Positions 52,240 to 62,999 of a stretch of 64,000 nt of DNA are shown here, piece after piece. The stretch spans positions 17,176,001-17,240,000 of the forward strand of contig NC_086109.1 in the NCBI RefSeq assembly GCF_963921235.1, given 5' to 3'. Each line of letters opens with the position of its first letter. The first letter of the stretch is position 1. Made by a program: the position numbers and the translations under genes. The stretch is from Mobula hypostoma (taxonomy: Eukaryota). The notes under the pieces were generated by a model. That model worked only from the letters and a program-made list of their open reading frames with translations, searched no databases and had not been told where the DNA came from.

Positions 52240-53992
52240 TCTTAGAGGTAATTTATTACCAAGGTTTGAGGATTGCTCACTCACAGAATATAGAGAGTTG
52301 GGATCATTATGGCATTTCTAGGTTGACAAGCTCCAGTCAGTGCCGTGCCGCAGGAATCAGCACTGAGATCTCAACTGTTTATATTTTTAGTACTGGCTAT
52401 TTGCATGGATCAAGTATGCTGTCACCAGGCAGGCAGACACAAGATAGTCGGGCAAGGTAGTTTCACGGAAAACACAAAGAATCTGCAAAGGTACCTAGAC
52501 AGGCTAAGTGAGAGGGCAGAAACTTAGCAGATGGAATGAAATGTGAGGAATTGCAGCATTATCCATTTTGTTGAGAAAAATAGAAAACCAAATTAAGGTT
52601 TAAGTGGTTAGAGACTATAAGATAACATACTACAGATATACTTGCTTGAGCTTTCTCACTGAAGAACAGAAAGTTGACATCAAGGTACAGTAAATGATGA
52701 GGAGGTAACTGAAACGCTGGCATTCTTTGTAAGGTGGACGAAGTACTCGATCTGTACAGAATGCCGGTGAAACTGCCCTTGGTGTACAGTTTGGTCTTAT
52801 TGCAGGAAGGATTCAACCTGCCTTGAGTGGAGAGGTTAAACTTGCCACTTTCTGCCAGTGTGTTAGGACATTTTCACTAGCAGTCTATAAAACACCAGTC
52901 GGCAGCTAAGCACAAAGGAGAGCTGAGTGAGTCAATGTCACCAGTGGAAGTATGTATCTCTGCCGCAGACAAATCATTTGTTTGCCTGAATGTGATGACA
53001 TATGGAGACTGTGTACCTTCTGATCCCAATCCTGGAAAGGAGGAAGAGACAGATGTGCATAGTCAGAGAACCTGACTATTGATTTCAACATTTAGGAGAA
53101 GTTTGGATAAGTACATGGATGAGAGGAGTGTGGAGGACTATGGCCCAGGTGTGGGTCGATAGGACTAGGCAGAACAATAGCAGAGTGCAGGCTATTTTTG
53201 CACTATAGTGCTGTATGACTCTACACCCACTGGCATGCGGGCATGCCATGGCACTCACAAACCAAACCTTTACTACATTGGTTTGTGGTTATTATGAAAA
53301 ACAATAAGGCTGGGAGCAAAACCTGACCCCCAAAAAAATCTGTTATGGATTGCAAAAGTGGACTGATGCCTGGCTCGATCATTCTTCTAAACAGCACTGA
53401 TGTCCAGCTGGCCTATTAAAGTCAGAGCATCATAGGGAACTACAGCACAGAAACAGGCTCTTTGACCTATCTAGTCCATGCTGAATCATTTAACTTGCCT
53501 AATCCGATCGACCTGCACCTCGACCATAGCCCTCCACACCCCTCCCATCGATGTACCTATCCAAACTTCTCTTAAACGTTGAAGTCAAAATCGTATCCAC
53601 CACGTGCTGATAGCTCGTTCCACACTTTCACCACGCTCTGAGTGAAGAAGTTTCCCCTCATGTTTCCCTTAAAGATTTACTCTCATAATTTTGTTTGCCT
53701 CTATCAAATCTCCCCGCAATCTTCTATGTTCCACAGAATAAAGTTCTAACAAACGCACTCTTTCCTTATAACTCATGTCCTCCAGTCCCTGCAACATCCC
53801 TTTAAGTTTTCTCTGTACTCTTTCAAGCTTATTTACATCTTTCCTGTAGGTAGGTGACCAAAACTGCACACAATACTCCAAATTAGGCCTCATCAACGTC
53901 TAAGACAACTTCAACCTAACATCCCATCTCTTGTACTCAATACTTCGATCTATGAAGTCCAATGTACCAAAAGTTTTTTTTTAAACAACCCT

Positions 53993-55197
53993 TCCTCTTT
54001 TTAAATCTTCTTATTGAATTAGTACACAAAAGGTAAATCATATATCAACCAATACCTTGTTATGATATAGATATACAAGAAATATTAATACAAAAAAAAT
54101 GCAAACAACGTAGGTAAGTTATAAAATAACAAGGTAATATAATTGTATACTAGTTTTCCATATATATCGATAAAGGAGGAAAAAAAACCCAAAAAAACCA
54201 CCCCCCAAAAAAACTACTGTGCAACTAAGCTACAAAGCAAAGCAATGGGCTAACTAGGTATATACCAGATTAAACAATCACGTCCTCAAACCCGACCTCC
54301 ACTAATAGCAGATAAAATCCACGAAGGGAGTGTATATATGATCAAAGAGAAAAAATAGTTACATTAAATGAAAATATTGAATAAAATATCTCCAGGTCTG
54401 TTCAAATTTAACTGAAGTATCATAAAGATTACTTCTGATTTTTTCCAAATTTAGACACAGTATCGTTTGAGAGAACCAAAAAAACGTAGTTGGGGCATTA
54501 ATCTCCTTCCAATGTTGTAGAATAACCTTTTCACCATTAAAGTAAGGAATGCAATCATTCTACGCGCTGAGGGGGGTAAATTACCAGAAGTTTTAGGTAA
54601 CCCAAACATAGCAGTAATTGGATGGGGAGAAATATCACTATTCAAAACCTTTGAGATAATATTAAAAATGTCTTTCCAAAAAGTTTCCAGAGTAGGACAA
54701 GACGTGTGGGTCAAGGAAGCTATCTCCCCATGACATCTATCATATAGAGGGTTAATATGAGAATAAAAACGAGCTAATTTATCTTTAGACATGTGTGCTC
54801 TATGGACAACTTTAAATTTAATTAAGGAGTGTTTGGAACAGATAGAGGAAGTATTGACTAGTTGTAAAATATGAGCCCAATCATCCGCCGGGATAGTAAG
54901 GCCCAATTCCTTTTCCCAATCAGTTCTAATCTTATCGAATTAAGCTATTCTAAGTCTCATGATAGTATTGTAAATAATAGCCGTTACACCTTTCTGACAC
55001 GGGTTGAGGTTAATGATAGCATCTAAAATATTTGTAGGGGGTAACACCGGAAGGGAAGAAAGTCTGGTATTTAGGAAATTTCTAACTTGAAAATATCTAA
55101 AACAGAAGTGTTCTTGGTAAATTATATTTGTTAGATAGCTATTCAAAAGACATAAGGGGGCCATCTGAAAATAAATCCAAAACAGTGATGTACCATA
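53993..55197 (-). mobile_element. 5'-truncated L1-clade LINE (ORF2 C-terminal zinc-binding region plus 3'UTR)
   Basis: FRYFQVRNFL...; W..ILQLVNTSSICSKHSLIKFKVVHRAH.....L..FY....P..DRC......LTH..CP.L..FW..IF. 10-bp TSD AAACAACCCT at 53983-53992 and 55198-55207. Confidence 0.88.
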
Positions 55198-55761
55198 AAA
55201 CAACCCTCTCTACCTGCGCCATCACTTATTCTGAAAGACACATACAAGCTTTGTACTCTCAAGATTTCACTTTTGAAGACCTCCCATGTACCAAGTACAC
55301 CTTTGCCAGAAAACAGCCCGTCCCAATCCACATTTGCCAGATCCTTTTTTGATACCACCAATATTGGCCTTTCTCCAATTTAGACCACCTTTTTCCATAA
55401 TTACCTTGAAACTAATGGCATTATGATCACTAGATGCAAAGTGTTCTCCGACACGAACTTCTGTCACCTGCCCTGTCTCATTCCCTAATAGGAGATATAG
55501 TATCACATTCTGTCTAGTTGGGACTTCTATGTACTGATGAGGCAATCTTTCTCGAGCACATTTGACAAACTCTATCTCATCCAGTCCCCTTACAGTATGG
55601 GAGTCCCAGTCAATATGTGGGAAGTTAAAACCACCTACTATCACAACATTAAGTTTCTAACAACAGTATGCGATCTCTCTAAAAATTTGTTCCTCTAAAT
55701 CCCACAGACTGTTGGATAGTCTATAATATAGCCCCATTAAAGTGGTCATATCTTTTTTATT

Positions 55762-56890
55762 GGAAGAGGTACAGTCAACGTTTCGAGCCGAGACCCTTCG
55801 TCAGGACTAACTGAAAGAAGAGCTAGTAAGAGACTTGAAAGTGGGAGAGGGAGGGGGAGGGGAGATCCTAAATGATAGGAGAAGACAGGAGGGGGAGGGA
55901 TGGAGCCAAGAGCTGGACAGTTGATTGGCAAAAGGGATATGAGAGGATCATGGGACAGGAGGCCAAGGGAGAAAGAAAAAGGCCGGGGGGGAAGCCCAAA
56001 GGATGGGCAAGGGGTATAGTGAGAGGGACAGAGGGAGAAAGAGGAGAGAGAGAAAAAGAAAGTGTGTATATAATTAAATAAATAACAGATGGGATGGGAC
56101 ATTAGCAGTAGTTTGAGAAGTCAATATTCATGCCATCAGGTTGGAGGCTACCCAGACGGAATATAAGGTGTTGTTCCTCCAACCTGAGTGTGGTTTCATC
56201 TTTACAGTAGAGGAGGCCATGGATAGACATATCAGAATGGGAATGGGACGTGGAATTAAAATGTGTGGCCACTGGAAGATCCTGCTTTCTGTGGCGGACA
56301 GAGCATAGGTGTTCAGTGAAACGATCTCCCAGTCTGCGTCGGGTCTCGCCAATATATAGAAGGCACACTCAGGTTGGAGGAACAACACCTTATATTCCGT
56401 CTGGGTAGCCTCCAACCTGATGACATGAACATTGACTTCTCAAACTTCCGCTAATGCCCCACCTCCCCCTCGTACCCTATCCGTTATTTATTTATTTATA
56501 TACACACATTATTTTTCTTTCTGTCCTTTTTCTCCCTCTGTCCCTCTCATTATACCCCTTGCCCATCCTCTGAGCTTCCCCTCCTCCCCCTTTTCTTTCT
56601 CCCTAGGCCTCCTGTCCCATGATCCTCTCATATCCCTTTTGCCAATCAACTGTCCAGCTCTTGGCTCCATCCCTTTGCCTCCTGTCTTCTCCTATCATTT
56701 CAGATCTCCCCTTCCCCCTCCCACTTTCATATCCCTTACTAGCTCTTCCTTCAGTTAGTCCTGACGAAGAGTCTCGGCCCAAAATGTCGACTGTACCTCT
56801 TCCTAGAGATGCTGCCTGGCCTGCTGCGTTCACCAGCAACTTTTATATGTGTGTTCCTTGAAATTCCAGCATCTGCAGATTTCCTCATGT
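55762..56890. mobile_element. Penelope-like element with inverted structure (- copy ~55762-56366, + copy ~56364-56890)
   Basis: GIY-YIG endonuclease remnant CLLYIGETRRRLGDRFTEHL.SV......PVATHFN...H......LEEQHLIFRLG.LQPDGMNIDF (56102-56368, -). An inverted duplicate of its 3' end follows. TSD ATA(T/C)CTTTTTTATT at 55748-55761 and 56891-56904. Confidence 0.92.
55773..55808 (-). ncRNA. Minimal type-I hammerhead ribozyme motif (best-preserved copy)
   Basis: The - strand reads AGUC-CUGACGA-A-GGGU(CUCG)GCUC-GAAA-CGUU^GACU. Both core boxes are intact, stem I is AGUC/GACU, stem II has 4 bp, and stem III is the palindromic loopless ACGU. Activity is not demonstrated. Confidence 0.6.
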
Positions 56891-57796
56891 ATACCTTTTT
56901 TATTCCTCAGTTCCACCCATAAAACCTCACTGGACAAGTCTCCAGTCTGTTCTGACTGAACACTGCTGTGGCATTTTCCCTGACCAGTAACGCCACTCCT
57001 CTCCCTTAAATCCCAACCCTCCACATCACAGTCCAGTGTTTGTGTGGGGCATCTACTTGGACCATAGAGTCATAGTATTGACTTATAATGCACAGAAGCT
57101 CATCGATCTGTGCTGTACGATGATTCTAAAGGTTCGAAGATTCGAAGTACATTTATTATTAAAGTATGTATACAGAACACAACTGAGAAACACCCTCGCG
57201 CTATGAAACAAAGAAACTCCATGAAATCCATTCAAGAAAACACTAAACACCCAAGGTGCGAAAACAGAACAAGTTGCGCAAATGGCAAAAGTCAGGTCAA
57301 CAACACAGAGAATATCAATTATCAAACCAAGAGTTGAATAGCATTCAGTTTAGCTCAGTTCGGTGCCGCTTTGCTTGTCGCAGGTCGCAGGTCGCAGATC
57401 CATTCTTCGCCAAAGCACATCGGTTGCCCTGATCAAAATACTCAAACCCAGCAAAAAATAGAGTAACCGGATTCCAGAAACACATGCAACATGAACTTCA
57501 AAGTCTCTCAAAATGACTGTCCAGCCCCATCAATCTACACCCGGACCATAGCCCTCCATACCCTGCCATTACATGTATCTATCCAAACTTATCTTAAATG
57601 TTGAAATCAAACTTGCATCCACCACTTCTGCTGGCAGCTCGTTCCACACTCTCTCCACCCTCTTATTGAAGAAGTTCTTCCTCATGTTATCCTTCAACAT
57701 ATCACCTTTCACCATTAACTCATGATCTCTAGTTCTAGTTTGAGCAAATATCACCATGACTACCAGGCATGAGTGAGGCTCCTGAGCCATCATAGA

Positions 57797-58354
57797 TAGG
57801 GTTGCCTTTCTCACTCCCAAATAAGGGACAAAAGTAGCAGTCAAATACGGGACATTTGTGTTTTCCCCGAGAAAGACTACCACGACCATGAAGCCCTGCG
57901 CAGGTACCTGTGTGCATATGCGTGATGTGCGCATACGTGACGTGCGCATTCGTGTACGTGCTGATTTTTTTTTCTACAAATCGGTTTTGGCTTTATCTTC
58001 CCGATTCTGTTAAGTGAAACTACACTGTACATACATTATTTCTACTTTATATAGGCTATGTATTTATCATATCGTTCCTGCTTTTACTATATGTTAGTGT
58101 TATTTTAGGTTTTATGTGTTATTGGTATGATTTGGTGAGTTATTTTTTGGGTCTGGGAATGCTCAAAAAATTTTCCCATATAAATTAATGGAAATTGCTT
58201 CTGCGCTTTACGCCATTTCGGCTTACGAACGGTTTCATAGGAACGCTCTACCTTAGCGGGGGAAATACGGGACAAGGACGGTCCTGTATGGGACAAACCA
58301 ATTTAGCCCAATATATGGGATGTCTCGGCTAATACGGGACAGTTGGCAACCCTA
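57797..58354. mobile_element. hAT non-autonomous element (558 bp)
   Basis: TIRs TAGGGTTGCC ... GGCAACCCTA, a perfect 8-bp TSD ATCATAGA (57789-57796 and 58355-58362) and subterminal (AC)GGGAC repeats at both ends. Confidence 0.93.
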
Positions 58355-60419
58355 ATCATAGATGATGTTCAAAATGAAGCTGAGCATTATTCTACAGCAA
58401 GGAAGGTATGCACCTGAAGACAATTTAGATAACATTTACTTGGTTGATTTCTCAGATGAGTGGGTTGCCTTATGTGAAAATGGTCAAACAGGTTGGTCAT
58501 TAGAATTCAGAAAATGTGTTCTTATTAAAACAATTAAGATTCTGAGGTTATGACAAGTTGGAGAGAATGTTTCTAATGCAGATGAATCTGAAATAAGAGG
58601 AAACATTCTGAGGTTTCAGGATAAGGCTGCATCAACCTAAGACAGAAATGAAGGATAATTTATCCTTCAAAAGGGCTGTGAACCTTTTGTAAGTCTTTAG
58701 CTGAGAACTGTGGAGAGAGAATGAGTAAACATATTCACAAATGAGATGAATTGTTGCACTGTGGGGAATGGGGAATTGGTAGGAAAATGTAATGGCCTTT
58801 CGCTGCTGTCTCTGTGAACCTCTGGTGATCCATAACTCTCCTGCCTGCGTCCAAGTCTGATTTATGAATTTAACCTCCACACTGACCTACATTATCGCCC
58901 AGTCAGGGAATGTCTCAATTATTTCCAAATCTCTTAATGCCTCTTTCACTTCCCATCTGTTATCCTTCAAGATATCTGCACACGTTGACTTCAGACTTCT
59001 TGCACAGTTCTGATATTAACTGGTTTAACATATCTCGTCGGCTGCTGTGTCCAGACCTCTGGAATTCTAAGCTTAATCTCTTTAAGAGGTTAAAGGCCAT
59101 CAGGAAGTAGATACAGAAGCCTTAGGCCCCACACCACCCACAGGTTCAGGAACAGTTGTCACCCTTCAATGCTCAGGCTCCTGTACCAGCATCGATAACT
59201 TCACTCTCCTCCGTGCTGAACTGATTTCACAACTTGTGGAGTCACTTTCATGTACTCTACAAGTTATGTTCTCAGCGTATTTATTATTCGTTTATTTTCA
59301 GATTTGCACAGTTTGTCTTTTGCAGGTTGGTTGTTTTGTCAGTCTGTGTGTGTTGCGTTTCATCGATTCAATTGTATTTCTTTGTTCTACTGAGAATGCC
59401 TGCAAGAAAATAAATCTCAAGGTCGTGTATGTTGACATATGGTGGAGTTGTGACTCAGCCAAGTTTTGATGAAAGAACATTGACCCAAAATATTTACTCT
59501 GTTTCTCTTTCCACAGATGCTACCTGACTTGTTAAGTATTTCCAGTACTTTGTGCTTTACTTCACACTTCAATAATCCCTTTGTTGCCAATAAAGCAGTT
59601 TGTAATGTGCTTTAAGTATATTATTTAAATGCAAATCAAAGAACTGCAGGTGATGGAAATTTAAAAAAACAGACACAGAGGAACTTCTACCTGCAATATA
59701 AACAGTAATTTTCCTTCCATGAATTCTGCCTGACTTGATGAGGGTTTCAAGTATTTTATGTTTTTATCTTATAATCTATAAATTCACTTATTGGTTTTAT
59801 TTGTCTTCATTTTCCTTCATGGCAGTGTCAAATTTTTAGAGGGCTTGAATTTTTCCGGTTTAACATTAAAAACCAAGGAAACACCACTGAAAGCCTACTT
59901 GAAAAACAATCTTTGTTTTCGCTGACAAAACTCGGCATTGGCAGTAAAGGTCGACCATGCAAAATTTGCATTTTCATTCATTTTTCTTCAAGAACACCAC
60001 ACGCAGCTTTCAATGTGCACACACAGGCACATTTTTTTGTTTGTGTGATGCACGGGGCAATGGTTTAATGGTGGTGATGTTGATGTAAATATGACTTTGA
60101 ATATGTATGTGTTGTTGTTATTAACAATGTCAATTTAGTTGCCCTTGGTATTTCAAGAACAGAATGATTAGTGACAAAGTTCAAGACACCTCTTGTTTCA
60201 TGTCTGCAAGTGACAAAAAATGCTTATTTTTGCTGAAAATGAATGAAAATCGTTGAAGCACTTTAGAATTAAACCAAAAATGTAAAAAAAACTGAAGCAG
60301 CAATATTGTCCTTGTGGAGATTCTGGTGATTTAAAGATGCACCAGCAATAGCACTGAACTACCTGATCCATGCAGGGGCGCTCTAACAGCCTGCTGCCTC
60401 TCCATCCATTACTACTGTA

Positions 60420-60800
60420 TTCACACCCCGCCAAGCTGCAACCGAACTTGAATGTGGCCTCACAAATCCCGCCCCCACCTGCTCATACGGCTCTCGCTGC
60501 CCATTGGTCAAGGCTCCTCGCCATCACGCTTTCCCGTCACTTCCGGCTGGTCGGGGAAGGTTTGGTTGGAGGCGCAGAAAAAGGGGCGGCGCTTGCTCGC
60601 ATTCTCCCTCCCCCTTTGGACAAGGCTGGTGCTCTGAGTGAGGCAGCGGCTCGTCCTGAGCTCCGGCGATGGCGGTTTTTGCTGCAGCTCTTTGTCGGCG
60701 GTGATTTGAACCGGCGGGCTTCGTAGATCCATTGCGTTGGCTGTTGTTCATTTTATCCGCATGGGGTGATTTTCAGGAGGGGACGGGTTTGATGTGATGA
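60420..60800 (+). promoter_or_regulatory. TMCC2 CpG-rich promoter / 5' leader
   Basis: Local CpG enrichment, GC box CCCGCCCC (60468-60475), inverted CCAAT (ATTGG 60503-60507), ETS/GABP-like CACTTCCGG (60538-60546), GGGGCGG (~60583) and YY1-like GATGGCGG (~60668). No obvious TATA box. Confidence 0.65.
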
Positions 60801-61094
60801 GGCGGTGTCGCTATGAGAGAATCCAAATTTTATCCCTCAGTCATAATATAATTATCCATTCAGGATGTTTTCCTGTAAACGTCAACGGTTTATGGGGAGG
60901 GACCAGTGGAAGGGCACGTTTTTAAGCTACTTATAAATATTATCCTGTTCTGGGCTTTCTTCATCATCTGTTGGGGTTGGTGACAGAAATTTACACAGGA
61001 AGATCCCAGTCACCGCCAGCACTTGCTCCTCCGAGTCCAACTCCCACTTCCTCCACCCTCCTCCTCTCCCCAGTACTTTCCCTCCTTGTTGCAG

Positions 61095-61268
61095 ATGAAG
61101 CGGTGTAAATCTGATGAGCTGCCCCTGGATGAAGAGCAGGGGGTGAAGGCAGGAGCTGGCGCTGATGCTGCGGTTCGACAGCAGCGTGATGTTGCTTCTT
61201 CAGAGGTTGGCTGCCCATCGCTCTCTTTGCCAACATCGACCCGCAGCATCAAAACTCAAGATTCAAAG
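61095..61268 (+). CDS. TMCC2: TMCC2 (transmembrane and coiled-coil domain family 2) first coding exon
   Basis: MKRCKSDELPLDEEQG...TRSIKTQDSK followed by AAG|GTATAG (phase-0 donor), 58 codons. Matches the recalled human TMCC2 start MKRCRSDEL and the segment ending ...PPDLK. It lies downstream of a CpG-rich promoter and is divergent from DSTYK, as in human. Confidence 0.88.
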
Positions 61269-62999
61269 GTATAGTATACTGCTGCTGCTTCTTTCCGATC
61301 AGTATAGTTCACAGTAACACAGACCGAATGAGAAAAATAGTGTCTCGGCTGGGGATGTTGATCTGTTTCGCTTCCCACAGATGCAGCCTGATCTGCTGAG
61401 TATGTCCAGTATTTGTGTCTGATATGTTGTTTTTGATCTAGATTTAACAATTTGTTTTGAATTTTTGGCTCCAAATATTGCCTGTGTTCTTGGATTGTTC
61501 AAGATTTCTTATAGCAGTCAGTGGTTGCTTTAAAACTTGAATGTTTATTTGAATTTTTAAATCTTGAAATACAACCTATCCTGACAATACCTAACAGGTC
61601 AGGCTGCTCTTGTAGAAAGAGAAATCTTTCAACAGTAGGATAGTCCTGGGTATTCCTTTCTTTTCCATGTGTGTTGCTTGATCTGCTGTATTTGCATTTT
61701 TGTTTGTAGGTTTCCATTGACTTTTTATCTTGCTGGTTTAAATGAGGTTAATGTTGAAAAGCATGTGGTTTGACATGATGTGGAAATTACACATCAAGCA
61801 GTTTTAAGGTGAAGAAAGGAAATATTGCTTTGTTATCAGATTTAACATATTTCTAAGCAAAATGTTGTTCACTTACAGAGGATAGATTATGGGGTGTTGT
61901 GCCCAATTTTGGGTTCGTCAGTGGATATGGAACTATGCATCACTACTCCCAAATTTCCAAATTTTTATTATTTACTATTCACTTTTTTGAATAGATTGTA
62001 TTTCAAATTATTTTCAAGTTAGTGATTGAGCTTATTCAAAGTACATTTTTTGGAATAGAAATGCAAGGTCAAGTAGGGTCTAGTGAGTTTAAACAATTAG
62101 TTTCAAAGGAGGGGCAAAGAGTCTCTGAAAGATGCAAGTTGAAATTAATTTTGAATTTTTCTGTTGTGAGGTATTATTCTTTGTTTGCAATGTAGTAGTG
62201 TAGTCATGTATGCTGTTGCTTAATTCCAGTTGAGCAGACATATGGGTGGGGCAATTGACCACTGTCTCTCTGCCAATTGAATGAAAAATCAAGTCAGGGT
62301 TTACAGTATTATGCAGAAAATCCTGTTGGGATGTTGGTTCAAGGATATTGACTGAAGATATAGTAGATCAGAGAGGTTACGTCCACTTACTTAAGTCACA
62401 TGTGTAAGATAGACAGTGGGGTTAATTGTCAGATGAAAACCATAATCCCTGGAGAAGAGCCCTCAGCAGAAATTTTTTGCAAGTCCAAGAATCCAATCCA
62501 GTTTGTTTTCTCATTTCTTTTGGAATGCAGTTTACTGGTCTTTCAAGTAAAGACCAGTAAAGTTTAAAATCATAACCTATGACTGTGGTTGTGGAAATAA
62601 ATGGGTAACATTTCAGTTGTGTGGTTCAGGACTTTGTTTAAGCCTTTTAATGTCATAACTCTTTCCATTCAATTTACTGTAGTTATTGCCCCCTTGTGCT
62701 GACAGTATTCATTTATAGCACTTTGCTCGTTTTTATATATAAATGGAGCTCATCACTTGATCTTGATGTTATTTATGTGAAGGCAGTAATATAAAGAAAA
62801 TTTATGAGCCATGTTTTTAATTTACATGAATAATACATGCTGGTTTTATGTGTTGCGTTCCAAATTACCTTCACCTCGGTTTTGGAATAGGGTGAAACAG
62901 TTGGCTATAGCTGCAAGGGTGGTATCTGAATGTTGAAAAATTGTGGATCTTGCACCTTTCTGTAGAAGTGGTGTGGGGATGAACCAAAATTCGAGAGAC

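Larger units (their letters stand above)
53430..57015 (-). mobile_element. Internally deleted CR1 LINE hosting L1 and Penelope insertions
   Basis: Endonuclease remnants EVLWVELRNKKG (56890-56940) and IVGGFNFPHIDWDSH...PTRQNVIL.LLLGNETGQV (55267-55644). RT C-terminus RPNLEYCVQFWSPTYRKDVNKLERVQRK...RRLRGDLIEA (53669-53896). Confidence 0.88.

Noticed and set aside
33710..60420. Single bidirectional promoter shared by DSTYK and TMCC2
   Set aside because: The two CpG-rich promoters are about 27 kb apart and separated by TEs.
60370..60751. Several ORFs over the TMCC2 promoter
   Set aside because: GC-rich promoter sequence with no recognisable protein similarity.
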